Part shown: piece by piece, positions 27,164-37,297 of the stretch
How positions within the stretch are numbered: position 1 is the stretch's first letter
How the letters are laid out: each line of letters begins with the position of its first letter
From: a bacterium
GTDB lineage: Bacteria > Hydrothermota > 32-111
Assembly: GCA_046484245.1 (NCBI GenBank)
Contig: JAWOBN010000114.1
Coordinates: 1 to 38,993 of the forward strand
Reading direction: 5' to 3'
Length of the DNA stretch: 38,993 nucleotides
The notes under the pieces: model-generated
The model's database searches: none
Told to the model about the DNA's origin: nothing
The model's input: only the letters and a program-made list of their open reading frames with translations
Made by a program: the position numbers and the translations under genes

Positions 27164-28138
27164 TTACTGTTTCCTCTGCACCTCAATATGCTCCCTGTAT
27201 GTCCTGGAGAATATATGAGAACCGTCACCTTTGGAAACATAGTAGAGATAATCATTCTCCTGTGGGTTCAATGCAGCTTTTACGGATTTTCTGCCGGGTG
27301 AACATATAGGACCGGGCGGCAGTCCCGGATGCTTGTATGTATTGTAAGCTGACTCAACCTTGAGGTCTTGGTATGTTGTCACCCTGCCCGGTTCGCCAAG
27401 TGCATAGAGTACTGTAGCACAGCACTGAAGAAGCATCCCCCTCTCAAGACGGTTGTAGTAAACACCTGCAATAACCGGTTTTTCACTTTCAATCACTGCC
27501 TCCTTTTCAATCATGGATGCCAGTGTAATGTACTTGTATCGTGTGAAACCGGATTGAGCCTCCTTGAACAATGTATCGGGATACTCCTCTTCAAATCTCT
27601 CCAGCATTATTCTGACAATATCATGTCCCGATTTGCCCCTTGCAATGAAATATGTGTCAGGGAAGAGAAAACCCTCGCAATCATCACCTTCAATACTGAA
27701 TTCCCTCAGTAATGCCTTGGACCTGCATGTCCTGAGAAAGTCAAGTGAATCAATACTGAAGATGGATTGAACCCTGCCGGCAATCTGATACATATTGAAT
27801 CCCTCCGGCACAGTTATTCTCTCCAGGAGCACTTCTCCCCTGTACATCTTCATCAGCACTGTGTATTCATTGGTGTTCTTTGTAAGCAGATACCGTCCGC
27901 TCTTTATCTTTCTGTCAATATCAAGCATCTTGGCAAGCAGAATAAATATATCCTGCTGTTCTATTATATCTCTCCGTGCAAGACGCTCGGCAATGGATGA
28001 CAGTGTCTCTCCCCCTCTCACCTCAAAGACAATCTCTTCTGTACCCCTGATGCTGCTCAGAACATTGGGGAGGGTTACTGTTATCAGTATCAGCAGTATG
28101 ACAAAGATGGTGAAAGTGAATCTATTCCTTGATTTCAT
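27164..28138 (-). CDS. mltG: Endolytic murein transglycosylase MltG (YceG)
   Basis: N-terminal TM helix, then TVPEG, EGFLFPDTY, LASMIEKEA, YNTY...GLPPGPICSPG and YLYYV. Confidence 0.96.
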   Translation of the reverse strand: MKSRNRFTFTIFVILLILITVTLPNVLSSIRGTEEIVFEVRGGETLSSIAERLARRDIIEQQDIFILLAKMLDIDRKIKSGRYLLTKNTNEYTVLMKMYRGEVLLERITVPEGFNMYQIAGRVQSIFSIDSLDFLRTCRSKALLREFSIEGDDCEGFLFPDTYFIARGKSGHDIVRIMLERFEEEYPDTLFKEAQSGFTRYKYITLASMIEKEAVIESEKPVIAGVYYNRLERGMLLQCCATVLYALGEPGRVTTYQDLKVESAYNTYKHPGLPPGPICSPGRKSVKAALNPQENDYLYYVSKGDGSHIFSRTYREHIEVQRKQ

Positions 28139-28517
28139 CCAAATAATACTCCATTATGAGGCATGCAGATACAGGATCAATCTTCATTTTATAATCCTTT
28201 TTGCCCATATTATCCTTTATTAATCTTTCAGCTTTCTTTGATGTAAGACGCTCATTGATATATATCTTCCTCAAATCCTTTATGCTGTCAACAGTACTGA
28301 CATATTTTTTTATCCATCTGGACATGTCCGTCTCCTCTCTCCGTCCTGAGAGGGGCTCACCGATTATCACCTCTTCAATGGAATGTTCTTCAATGAGTGC
28401 TCTGAGTTCATCATCAAGGGACTTGTTCTTCACTCTCTTGTAAGGTATGGGTATATCCATCAGACAGAGGCATATACCTGTGTATTTTGTGCCGATATCA
28501 ATTGCCAGACGGTTCAT
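28122..28517 (-). CDS. ruvX: Holliday junction resolvase-like / pre-16S rRNA nuclease YqgF
   Basis: Motifs LAIDIGTKYTG, IIGEP, NERLTS and IDPVSACLIM. Adjacent to mltG. Probable start at 28517 after GAGG. Confidence 0.88.
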   Translation of the reverse strand: MNRLAIDIGTKYTGICLCLMDIPIPYKRVKNKSLDDELRALIEEHSIEEVIIGEPLSGRREETDMSRWIKKYVSTVDSIKDLRKIYINERLTSKKAERLIKDNMGKKDYKMKIDPVSACLIMEYYLDEIKE

Positions 28518-29550
28518 AATCCTCAATCATACTGTGAATTTTTCTCCCCACGGACATATGGGAGAATGCCCCGGCTTCAGCCCTTGTCTCGGTTACAGTA
28601 TCCTCATAATATGCATTATCACTGTTTATACGCCTTAATTCCTCTACGAACCCCTCTGTATCACCGGGTTCAATAATTGCGCCGCACACCTTCTCCATAT
28701 TGACCAGCTCACCGGAATTTGAACTTATGACAAACACCCCTGATGCAGCTGCTTCAATAACACTTCTGCCCTGCTGTTCCTTCCAGTGTGATGATGCTAT
28801 TGAGGGGTTCAGAAGCACATCAATACTGCTGTAGAATGAAGGCATATCATTATGCGGGACAAGTCCCATATACTGATGCTCTATATTGTTCTTTATGCAG
28901 AATTGAGTGAGATGATTTTTCAAATTGCCTGCACCGGCAAATTTGAATTTGAATTCAAAATCGAGATGCTGCAGAATATCCTCAATTATAAGAACACCCT
29001 TGTCCTCTGACAGTCTCCCGGCAAAACCTATTGTCAATTCCGTGTCTCTCGGTGCGTGTTTCCTGAAGAAATCATTGCTTATTGAGAGCGGAATAACAGG
29101 GATTTCCCTATTGAAAATACTTCGGGCAGTATCGGATGACTGTCTGCCCACTGCAGTAATTATATCAGCCCTGTCATTAACAAATGAATACATTGCATCC
29201 CTGTAAAAACCGTGTTTTTCAATATTCTGAGCTGTTCTGATAATCTTCAGCCTTGCCTGTGAGTATCTGTTCAGTATGAACCTTGTCTGCGGATATACAG
29301 GTTCCTCATCAATCCACAGCACATCAATGTCTTGCCTTTCGGGAAGAAACGGGATATAACTGTTGGGCAGAAAAGGGATTTTCATCAGTGAAAACCCCGC
29401 GTCGTCACTGTATGATTCGCCGAATGCTCCTGTCCATTGTTTCGGATAGAGTATCTCAGTGTCAGCTGCCTCTGTCAGATAATCAAAACTGTTTCTGTTG
29501 AACTCAACAGCATACATATGACCGACAATAAGCATATTGGTGAATTTCAT
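28498..29550 (-). CDS. Glycosyltransferase family 4 (GT-B)
   Basis: Motifs GFAGRLSEDKG and EQQGRSVIEAAASG (Ex7E). Confidence 0.88.
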   Translation of the reverse strand: MKFTNMLIVGHMYAVEFNRNSFDYLTEAADTEILYPKQWTGAFGESYSDDAGFSLMKIPFLPNSYIPFLPERQDIDVLWIDEEPVYPQTRFILNRYSQARLKIIRTAQNIEKHGFYRDAMYSFVNDRADIITAVGRQSSDTARSIFNREIPVIPLSISNDFFRKHAPRDTELTIGFAGRLSEDKGVLIIEDILQHLDFEFKFKFAGAGNLKNHLTQFCIKNNIEHQYMGLVPHNDMPSFYSSIDVLLNPSIASSHWKEQQGRSVIEAAASGVFVISSNSGELVNMEKVCGAIIEPGDTEGFVEELRRINSDNAYYEDTVTETRAEAGAFSHMSVGRKIHSMIEDYEPSGN

Positions 29551-30278
29551 CTCAGTACCTCCAGGTCTCCCTCATATATTTCAATTTCCTCTTCACCTGT
29601 ATCAAGTATCAGCAGACCGGCGGAATCAAAACCCTTTACCCTGCCCCTGTACTTACTGTCTGTGGTTTTTACATTTATCTCTTTGCCTATAAAGGGGGTA
29701 TTATTGAGATAATCAATTATCAGAGACGGGTTGTCCTTCAGTTGAAGATAATGATTGACAATAGAAGCAGCACACTGACAGGGATCACTGTGTAAATCTG
29801 TCCGGGCAAGGACTGATGTTGCAGTATTTCTGATATGAGAGGGGAAATGATTAATATTCAGATTAATGCCTATTCCCGTAATTACCTTGTCACCTGCAAT
29901 TTCACTGAGTATTCCCCCAATCTTCAATTGACCGGCAAGAATATCATTGGGCCATCTGTAGCAGAGGTTTTCAATGGATATGCTCTTTAGATAATGTTCC
30001 AATGCAGCTGCTCCTGCTACAGAGAGAAGTGTGAGGGGAAACCGGCATTGGGATGCCCTCAGGGCAATGGATAAATACAGTCCGCCTTCAGGCGAATACC
30101 ATTCCCTTTTGAACCTGCCCCTGCCTGCTGTCTGCTGCTGGGCGATTATCAGCATATATTCATTCTTCTCAATATCAATGAGGGATGCTTTTTTATTGGT
30201 TGAATCAACTCTCTCGTATAATGCGCATTTAACGGGTTTTCTCTCAAGGAGAGAATATATTCTACTGAGATTCAGCAT
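29547..30278 (-). CDS. birA: Biotin--[acetyl-CoA-carboxylase] ligase (no HTH)
   Basis: Motifs VDSTN, QTAGRGRFKREWYSP, RWPNDI, KIGGIL and GIGINLN. Confidence 0.95.
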   Translation of the reverse strand: MLNLSRIYSLLERKPVKCALYERVDSTNKKASLIDIEKNEYMLIIAQQQTAGRGRFKREWYSPEGGLYLSIALRASQCRFPLTLLSVAGAAALEHYLKSISIENLCYRWPNDILAGQLKIGGILSEIAGDKVITGIGINLNINHFPSHIRNTATSVLARTDLHSDPCQCAASIVNHYLQLKDNPSLIIDYLNNTPFIGKEINVKTTDSKYRGRVKGFDSAGLLILDTGEEEIEIYEGDLEVLR

Positions 30279-31119
30279 GTTCTATATCCATTGATATATC
30301 AAGGGATCTGTATGAATGTGTGAGTTTGCCCATTGAAATATAGTCAATACCGTCAATAAGATACTTCTTGATATTCTCTTCAGTAATATTCCCCGACACC
30401 TCTATTTCGCAGGCGCCTCCTATTCTCTTTACAGCTTTCTTGATCTGCGCCGGTTTCATATTGTCAAGCATTATCCTGTCTGTAGGGTAATTCAGGACAT
30501 TGTCCAGGAATCTCACATTATCAACCTCAACAACAATCTTCTTTTGGGGATACTTATTCTTCATCCTGTCTATTATTTCAAGATTGTGCTTCAAGGCAGT
30601 AAGATGATTGTCCTTTATCATTATCTCATCAGCCAGATTCATCCTGTGATTGACCCCGCCGCCGCAGAGAACCGCGTATTTTTCAATATATCTGAGTCCC
30701 GGTGTTGTCTTTCTTGTATCAAGTATCTTGATATTCTTTGATTCTGCTGTCTTTACAAATATATTGGTCTGCGTTGCAATACCGCTCATGCGCTGAATGA
30801 AATTAAGAATAATCCTCTCCGAGGAAAGAATACCCCGCAGTTTTCCCTTGATCACCGCCAGTTCATCCCCGCTCTTTATACTGCTCCCGTCCTCTGTTTT
30901 GTATGACACAACAGCAGGCCCGAATGTCTGAAGTACAAGTTCTGTTATCTGCACACCCGATAGAATGCCGTCTTGTTTTGCCTTGATTATACCTATGCCC
31001 ATCATATCATCAGCAACACACATCTGTGTTGTTATATCAGACAATGCCTTGTCCTCCTTGACTGCCTCCATGACAATATTTTCAATCACTCCCCTGCCGA
31101 CATATTTATAAATATTCAA
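30262..31119 (-). CDS. nadC: Nicotinate-nucleotide diphosphorylase (quinolinate phosphoribosyltransferase)
   Basis: Motifs ERIILN..QRMSGIAT, DTRKTTPGLR, NHRMNL, IKDNH and IMLDNM. Confidence 0.97.
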   Translation of the reverse strand: MNIYKYVGRGVIENIVMEAVKEDKALSDITTQMCVADDMMGIGIIKAKQDGILSGVQITELVLQTFGPAVVSYKTEDGSSIKSGDELAVIKGKLRGILSSERIILNFIQRMSGIATQTNIFVKTAESKNIKILDTRKTTPGLRYIEKYAVLCGGGVNHRMNLADEIMIKDNHLTALKHNLEIIDRMKNKYPQKKIVVEVDNVRFLDNVLNYPTDRIMLDNMKPAQIKKAVKRIGGACEIEVSGNITEENIKKYLIDGIDYISMGKLTHSYRSLDISMDIEHAESQ

Positions 31120-31774
31120 TTCTTGCCCCCTTACTGTCTATAATGCAGTAACTGCGTGTTTTTGCAAAATCCCCTGTCACAATGAGATTTTTATCATCTG
31201 AAATATACGGTTTATGTATATGCCCCATTACAAGTATCTCATCATTGTCTTCCTTTCTTGAGGCAGCATTCTCTATCATTTTCTCCTTGGGTGTGGATGA
31301 AGCATACCCTTTTGTGATAAAGTGCCCCAGCCTGTATGCAATACCGGGATGAAGCATTGAGAAGAGTCTGACATTAACAGGATGTGTCAGAATAGCATGG
31401 ACCAGCCGGTTCTTCGCTCTATTCATGAACATCTCATGACCATGAATGAATTTGTAATGCGCATTCCCTATCTTTTCTCTCAGCGGGCCTCTGATAACCT
31501 CTATATTGAAATGCTTAAAATAATCATCCTTCCACGGGTCGTGATTACCCTGTATCATTATCACTTTTGTATGATTGTTGATATCAGATAATTTCTTTAT
31601 AAAGAGCGCCGCTTCCTTGGGTATGAATCTCCTGTACGGGAAATAGAAATCAAAAGTATCACCCAGCAGTATGATCTTGTCAAATGAAGAATGCCGGCTC
31701 TTTATAAAATCAATAACAGTGTAATCAGGATTGAATATGGAGAAATGGATATCAGCTATAACAAGTATATTCAT
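31106..31774 (-). CDS. UDP-2,3-diacylglucosamine diphosphatase-like (LpxH/YbbF) metallophosphoesterase
   Basis: Motifs ADIH, LGDTFDF, GNHD, HGH, MGHIH and TGDF. Confidence 0.75.
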   Translation of the reverse strand: MNILVIADIHFSIFNPDYTVIDFIKSRHSSFDKIILLGDTFDFYFPYRRFIPKEAALFIKKLSDINNHTKVIMIQGNHDPWKDDYFKHFNIEVIRGPLREKIGNAHYKFIHGHEMFMNRAKNRLVHAILTHPVNVRLFSMLHPGIAYRLGHFITKGYASSTPKEKMIENAASRKEDNDEILVMGHIHKPYISDDKNLIVTGDFAKTRSYCIIDSKGARIEYL

Positions 31775-32670
31775 TGTTCTTTATACATCCATTCTATTGT
31801 TCTGAATATGTCCCTCTGAGGCCGCCATCCTGTTGAACGGTTGAGTTTGTCATAGGTGCCGTAAATTATTCTGGTCTCCCCGCTCCTTATCCTTGAACTG
31901 TCCCTGACAATCTCCAGATTCTTGCCCGAGAGATCAATGAGATGTTCCAGCATTGTTCTGAGTTCCACGGGTTTTCCTGAAGCAACATTGTAAATCCCCG
32001 TGAGATTCTCGTCTATGAGGGATTTATATGCATCAGCAACATCCCTGACATCCAGGAAATCCCTCTGTATGGAGAGGTCACCTGTCATTATCCTGCCGTT
32101 TTCGGGTGATTTTCTCACCTGATCAAGCATTGACGGCAGAAAGAATTTACTGTCCTGTCCGACCCCTGTGTGATTGAATGAATGGGTTATAAGGATTCTG
32201 AGATTATAATGCATCTCATACTGCCTTGCAGCATCCTCAATAATTGATTTGGAGGATGAATACGGATTGAGCGGATTACGCGGATGCTCCTCATCAACAG
32301 GCAGATACTGCGGTAGGCCTATTACGTCAGCAGATGAGGGTATGAAAACAAGTATGTCCGGGTTTATCCTTCTCACACTCTCAAGCACATTGAGTGTGCC
32401 CATGACATTTGTCCTGTAAGTCATTACAGGTTTTTCATAAGACAGACCGCCTGATGACTGGGCTGCAAGATGACATATTATATCGGGCTGTATATGCTCA
32501 AGCATGTCATAGACCTTGCCCGAATCAGTGATATCCAGGAACAATGATTCAATATCATTGTTATTCTCCATAAAATGCGTACCGAACAATTCATTGCTGT
32601 CCCTTTTCAGGGCATCAGCAAGATACCCGGCGACAAATCCCTCTGCACCTGTTATCAAAATCCTCTTCAT
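31771..32670 (-). CDS. NAD-dependent epimerase/dehydratase, GDP-4-keto-6-deoxymannose reductase (Rmd)-like
   Basis: Motifs ITGAEGFVA, HLAAQS, YSSSK (YxxxK), FNHTGVGQ and RDFLDVRDV. Confidence 0.8.
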   Translation of the reverse strand: MKRILITGAEGFVAGYLADALKRDSNELFGTHFMENNNDIESLFLDITDSGKVYDMLEHIQPDIICHLAAQSSGGLSYEKPVMTYRTNVMGTLNVLESVRRINPDILVFIPSSADVIGLPQYLPVDEEHPRNPLNPYSSSKSIIEDAARQYEMHYNLRILITHSFNHTGVGQDSKFFLPSMLDQVRKSPENGRIMTGDLSIQRDFLDVRDVADAYKSLIDENLTGIYNVASGKPVELRTMLEHLIDLSGKNLEIVRDSSRIRSGETRIIYGTYDKLNRSTGWRPQRDIFRTIEWMYKEQ

Positions 32671-33392
32671 ACACCCCTCTTCAGTCTGTCACTGAGAAAA
32701 CCGGGCAGTCCGGCATCTCTTATCTTCTTTGCGGTTTTATCAATATCATACTCTTTTTTAATATACATTACCTCCATCTTTTCCGTATCAAAGACAGCAC
32801 AGCATGCCCGGGGGTCGCCGTTTCTCGGCTGGCCTACAGACCCTGCATTGATTATGTATCTCTTGTCCCTGTCTAAATCAACACTGTCCTGAAGAGTCAT
32901 CTCAACCTCATTGTTCATGGAGAACACAGCAGGTATATGGGTATGGCCTATGAATATCACCCTGTCATCAACTGCCTTGAATTCTTTATAAGCAGCATAA
33001 ATTGAAGTGATGTATATCCATGACCGTGGATCTGAAGGGGATGCATGTACAGCAAGGAAATCATCAAAATGCCTGCCAAGATGCATGCTTCTCAATTTGG
33101 AGAGATTCTCTCTGCTGATATGTTCTCGGGTCCACTGTATTGCCTCTCTTGCATATGAATTAAAACGTTCGGAAGATGTTGAACCGGTAACAGCACTGTC
33201 ATGATTGCCCAGGAAAGTATGCTCCGTTCTTTCAAATATCATCTCAATACACTCATTGGGTGACGGCCCGTAGCCTACTATATCACCCAGACAGACCAGC
33301 TGTGAGTCACTGTGATGACTATCTTTCTCATCCAGAACAGACTCCAGTGCCTCAAGATTTGAATGTATGTCCGATACTATGAAATACTTCAT
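32667..33392 (-). CDS. Metallophosphoesterase (calcineurin-like, YfcE/PPP type)
   Basis: Motifs SDIHSN, GDIVGYGP, GNHD, HASP, GHTH and NAGSVGQPR. Confidence 0.9.
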   Translation of the reverse strand: MKYFIVSDIHSNLEALESVLDEKDSHHSDSQLVCLGDIVGYGPSPNECIEMIFERTEHTFLGNHDSAVTGSTSSERFNSYAREAIQWTREHISRENLSKLRSMHLGRHFDDFLAVHASPSDPRSWIYITSIYAAYKEFKAVDDRVIFIGHTHIPAVFSMNNEVEMTLQDSVDLDRDKRYIINAGSVGQPRNGDPRACCAVFDTEKMEVMYIKKEYDIDKTAKKIRDAGLPGFLSDRLKRGV

Positions 33393-33823
33393 TCACTTAT
33401 CTTTTCAATAAACTGCTTCTTGTTATTCACTATATAGTCCAGAATACCATTGACAAATCCCCCCGAATCTTCAGTGGAGTATGCCTTTGCAATCTCAATT
33501 GCCTCGTCAATTGCAACAACATCAGGCACATTGTCCTGAAGGAGTATCTCAGTAATAGCCATTCTCAGAATATTCCTGTCAATGACCGCCATTCTTGATA
33601 TTGTCCAGTTCTCTGTGCATTCCTCAATAATACTGTTCAATGTCTCCATATTGGCAATGACCTTTGTAATGAGATTGTATGCATAATCCTTTACTGTCTT
33701 GTCATCAGCAAGGTCCTCTTTCTCAGCTGTATCCTCAAGTATCTGCTGCTGGTCCCCTCCGACAAGCTCATACATATAAAGGACCTTCAATGCCAGTGTG
33801 CGGGATTCTCTTCTCTTGCCCAT
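33389..33823 (-). CDS. nusB: Transcription antitermination factor NusB
   Basis: Motifs RRESR..ALKVLY, IDRNILR, VAIDEAIEIAK and FVNGILD. Confidence 0.97.
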   Translation of the reverse strand: MGKRRESRTLALKVLYMYELVGGDQQQILEDTAEKEDLADDKTVKDYAYNLITKVIANMETLNSIIEECTENWTISRMAVIDRNILRMAITEILLQDNVPDVVAIDEAIEIAKAYSTEDSGGFVNGILDYIVNNKKQFIEKISE

Positions 33824-34296
33824 TAATTATCCATTTTCGTGAAGAGGTCCATCATTTCCAATACTGTTTCAGCAGCAGAGTAACCCTTATTGCCTGATTT
33901 TGTCCCTGCTCTCTCAATTGCCTGGTCTGTACTGTCAGCTGTTATGATACCGAAACCGACCGGTATATCTGTTTCCAGAGAGACCTTTGCTATTCCCTTT
34001 GACACCTCGGATGAGACATATTCAAAATGAGGGGTCTCTCCCCTTATCACAGCTCCCAGGCAGATAATTCCGTCCAATTTACCTGCTGAAGCGAGTTTGC
34101 CTGCTGTCTGGGGTATCTCAAATGCCCCCGGCACATAATACACGGATATGTCATCCTCTTTGATATTATGCCTGACAAGACAATCAACAGCACCATCCAG
34201 GAGATTCCTGGAGATAAAATTATTGAACCGTGAAATAATAATACCTATTTTCTTACCCTTTCCGTCAAGATTTCCTTCTATAACCCTATATTTCAT
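33823..34296 (-). CDS. ribH: 6,7-dimethyl-8-ribityllumazine synthase
   Basis: Motifs [27 protein letters not shown] and [11 protein letters not shown]. Confidence 0.98.
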   Translation of the reverse strand: MKYRVIEGNLDGKGKKIGIIISRFNNFISRNLLDGAVDCLVRHNIKEDDISVYYVPGAFEIPQTAGKLASAGKLDGIICLGAVIRGETPHFEYVSSEVSKGIAKVSLETDIPVGFGIITADSTDQAIERAGTKSGNKGYSAAETVLEMMDLFTKMDN

Positions 34297-34305
34297 TTAA
34301 ACCTC

Positions 34306-35502
34306 CTATAGATTTCTCAGTATATGACCCATCTTATCCCTCTTGGTCTTGAGATAATTCTCATTGACCGGATTTGCGGGTATTTCAATCGGGATCCTCT
34401 CTTTCACCTCTATGCCGTATCCTTCAAGACCGATTATCTTCTTCGGATTGTTTGTGAGCAGTCTTATTGTGCTTAATCCGATATCTTTGAGTATCTGCGC
34501 TCCAATGCCGTAATCCCTCAGATCCGCCTGAAAACCCAGTTGCTCATTGGCTTCAACAGTATCATAGCCCTTGTCCTGCAGATGATAGGCTTTGATTTTA
34601 TTGACAAGACCTATGCCCCTGCCCTCCTGTCTCAGATAGAGCATAACGCCTGTGCCCTCCTCCTCAATCATCATGAGGGATTTTTCCAGCTGTTTGCCGC
34701 AGTCGCACTTGAGGGAGTGGAATATATCTCCGGTAAAACACTCGGAATGAACCCTTACCAGAACATATTCAGCTTCCTCTACATTACCCTTGATAAGGGC
34801 GACATGATGATAAGTGTCAACATCATTGGTAAAGACAATGATCTTGTAATCTCCGAACTCAGTAGGCAAATTGGCTTCAACCTCCCTGTGTACAAGGGAA
34901 TCTTTTGAGCATCTGTATTCAATCAAATCCTTTATTGTAATAATCCTGAGCCCGTGTTTTGCCGCTATTTTCTTCAATGAAGGGACGCGTGCCATGGAGC
35001 CGTCATCATCCATTATCTCGCAAAGCACACCTGCAGGTTTGAGACCTGCCGCCTTCGCCAGATCAACAACTGCCTCTGTATGTCCCGCCCTTTTGAGCAC
35101 ACCGCCCTTCTGTGCTATGAGGGGGAATATATGACCGGGCCTGGCAAGGTCTGCCGGTTTTGACTGCTCATCAATAAGAACCTCTATTGTCTTTGCCCTG
35201 TCAAAAGCGGATATGCCTGTCTCAATGTCGCTGGATGCATCCACTGAAACAGTGAATTTTGTTCCGTGCAGAGCAGTGTTCTCCTTGACCATGGGCTCAA
35301 TGTCAAGCCTTTCCAGCTGGTCTTCTGTCATGGCAACACAGATAAGACCCCTGCCTTCCTTTGCCATGAAATTGATTGCTTCGGGTGTAACCTTCTCTGC
35401 AGCCATGATGAAGTCACCCTCATTCTCCCTGTCCTCATCATCAACAACTATTACTATCTTGCCGTCTTTTATATCTTGAACTGCATCCTTTATACTGTCC
35501 AT
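34306..35502 (-). CDS. ribBA: Bifunctional DHBP synthase / GTP cyclohydrolase II
   Basis: Motifs [37 protein letters not shown] and QEGRGIGL. Confidence 0.98.
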   Translation of the reverse strand: MDSIKDAVQDIKDGKIVIVVDDEDRENEGDFIMAAEKVTPEAINFMAKEGRGLICVAMTEDQLERLDIEPMVKENTALHGTKFTVSVDASSDIETGISAFDRAKTIEVLIDEQSKPADLARPGHIFPLIAQKGGVLKRAGHTEAVVDLAKAAGLKPAGVLCEIMDDDGSMARVPSLKKIAAKHGLRIITIKDLIEYRCSKDSLVHREVEANLPTEFGDYKIIVFTNDVDTYHHVALIKGNVEEAEYVLVRVHSECFTGDIFHSLKCDCGKQLEKSLMMIEEEGTGVMLYLRQEGRGIGLVNKIKAYHLQDKGYDTVEANEQLGFQADLRDYGIGAQILKDIGLSTIRLLTNNPKKIIGLEGYGIEVKERIPIEIPANPVNENYLKTKRDKMGHILRNL

Positions 35503-36098
35503 TATCTGACTCCTTTTATATACTGATAAACAGATTTTGAAATATGATTGATCTCCACATTAACATAATCATTAATCTTGAGATTGTCAATATTGGTTGC
35601 AGAGATTGTCTCGGGAATAATCTCCACTGTGAAATTATTGCCGAACACCTCTTTGATTGTCAGACTCACACCATTGACTGCAATAGAGTCATTCTCAACA
35701 AGATACTTGCCGTAACCGGATGAAAGAACAATTTCAATCTTCACAGAACCCTGTGAATGCATGAACTTCCTCACCTTTGCCATCTCATCCACATGCCCGT
35801 TCACAATATGTCCGCCCAGGCGGGTGGATGGCAGAACAGCCTTCTCCAGATTAACAATATCACCGGGTCTGTAGAACCGGATTATACTCTTTTCAACTGT
35901 TGATTTGACTGCAGTAAAGGAAACTGCAGCATCCTGTATATGCTCTGCAGTAAGGCATAATCCGTCTATTGCAACAGAATCGCCTTTCTTGATATCACTG
36001 ATGAAATCCTCTGACATCGCAATGCTTATCAGGGTATTGGAATTTCTGTAATCAATTGATCTGATTCTTCCTGTCTCTTCCACTAATCCGGTAAACAT
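35502..36098 (-). CDS. ribE: Riboflavin synthase (alpha chain)
   Basis: Motifs [31 protein letters not shown] and [10 protein letters not shown]. Confidence 0.97.
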   Translation of the reverse strand: MFTGLVEETGRIRSIDYRNSNTLISIAMSEDFISDIKKGDSVAIDGLCLTAEHIQDAAVSFTAVKSTVEKSIIRFYRPGDIVNLEKAVLPSTRLGGHIVNGHVDEMAKVRKFMHSQGSVKIEIVLSSGYGKYLVENDSIAVNGVSLTIKEVFGNNFTVEIIPETISATNIDNLKINDYVNVEINHISKSVYQYIKGVR

Positions 36099-37153
36099 CT
36101 GTACCTCATCATCACATCACCGTCAACAAGACTGTGTTCTATAAGCTCCAGTTCCTGCATACTGTCTGTTTCAATTGCACGCACACCCGAGCCCAGTATA
36201 AGGGGGGCTGTGAATACTGTCAGTTCATCGTATGACCTGTTCTCAATAGCTGAAGAAAACACTCCTGCTCCGCCTTCAACAAGTATTGATATAATATTCC
36301 TTTCAGGCATCATTGTTCTTAATTTATCCCATGAATCAGCCTTGTTGTCAACAAATATATATTCTGTGTTTTCCCTTTCCTCAATTTCATCCCTGTACCG
36401 GGATGAAACAATGATAAACTTCCTTCTTGACCTGTCATTTATAATATCTGTACTGTAGTCAAGTTCATTGGGGAAATCCGCGATAATCACAGCAGGTTTG
36501 TAATCCTTGTCAATAAGACGGGCATCAAGTATCGGATTATCAATATTGACAGTGCCGGAGCCGATCAAAATACCGTCAACCCCCCCCCTTATCCTATGCA
36601 CCTCTCTTCTGGACTGCCTGCATGTAAGATAGACCTTCTTCTCTCTGGATGGGGCTATATACCCGTCCACTGACTGGGCTATCTTCATTACGACAAATGG
36701 TCTTCTGTTTTCTATGAAGAATTTATAGTATGGATTGAGCCTTCTTACCTTATCCTCAAGAACACCTGTGACAACATCATATCCCTTTTCACGGAGAAAT
36801 TCCACTGACCTGCCGTTGACCCTGGGATTGGGGTCAATCATTCCTATGATGATTCTCCTGAAATCAATTGTCTTTATTGTATCTATGCACGGCGGTGTCC
36901 TGCCGTGAAAATTACACGGCTCCAGTGTAATATAGAGGTCACTGCCCTCTGCATTACTGCCCGCATTTTTGATGGCTTCAATCTCCGCATGGGGCTTGCC
37001 TGCACCTTTGTGATATCCCTCGGCAATGATCCTGCTGTCCTTGACAATAACAGCACCGACAAGAGGATTGGGGCTTGTTTTGCCCTTTGCCTTCAGTGCC
37101 AGTTCCACTGCACGGTTCATGTAAAGTTCTTTGTCTGTCATATTCTTACTCAT
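36083..37153 (-). CDS. ribD: Bifunctional pyrimidine deaminase/reductase RibD
   Basis: Motifs PNPLVGAV, HAE, TLEPC...TPPC, DNPIL and LVEGG. Confidence 0.97.
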   Translation of the reverse strand: MSKNMTDKELYMNRAVELALKAKGKTSPNPLVGAVIVKDSRIIAEGYHKGAGKPHAEIEAIKNAGSNAEGSDLYITLEPCNFHGRTPPCIDTIKTIDFRRIIIGMIDPNPRVNGRSVEFLREKGYDVVTGVLEDKVRRLNPYYKFFIENRRPFVVMKIAQSVDGYIAPSREKKVYLTCRQSRREVHRIRGGVDGILIGSGTVNIDNPILDARLIDKDYKPAVIIADFPNELDYSTDIINDRSRRKFIIVSSRYRDEIEERENTEYIFVDNKADSWDKLRTMMPERNIISILVEGGAGVFSSAIENRSYDELTVFTAPLILGSGVRAIETDSMQELELIEHSLVDGDVMMRYRCLPD

Positions 37154-37170
37154 AATATTTATAAAATATA

Positions 37171-37199
37171 ATAGTAATGAAAATAATGATATATGTCAA
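37171..37199 (-). promoter_or_regulatory. Putative sigma70 promoter of the rib-nusB...mltG run
   Basis: Minus strand TTGACA (37199-37194), N17, TACTAT (37176-37171). Confidence 0.7.
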
Positions 37200-37248
37200 T
37201 AAACTCTTTTTAAGTAAATGATTTGATTAAATAAACATGGGTGTATAG

Positions 37249-37273
37249 AAAAAAGGGCGGTCAAAACCGCCCT
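37249..37273 (-). terminator. Rho-independent terminator of the ferritin-like gene
   Basis: Minus strand AGGGCGGT-TTTG-ACCGCCCT followed by TTTTT, 24 nt after the stop. Confidence 0.85.
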
Positions 37274-37297
37274 GATAATATATAGAAATTAATCCGG

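Noticed and set aside
27017..27165. CRISPR array
   Set aside because: The units are 7 bp, directly tandem and degenerate, with no spacers and no cas genes.
26845..27309. 154-aa plus-strand ORF across the queH-mltG gap
   Set aside because: It runs through promoter, REP and heptamer repeats and overlaps mltG antisense. It has no SD and no recognisable protein pattern.
36580..36588. G9 homopolymer in ribD as a phase-variation tract
   Set aside because: The frame is intact (encodes RGGV) in a core biosynthetic gene, and there is no evidence of slippage without reads.
37154..37248. FMN riboswitch upstream of ribD
   Set aside because: The region is short and very AT-rich, lacks RFN motifs, and the promoter sits about 17 nt from the ATG.
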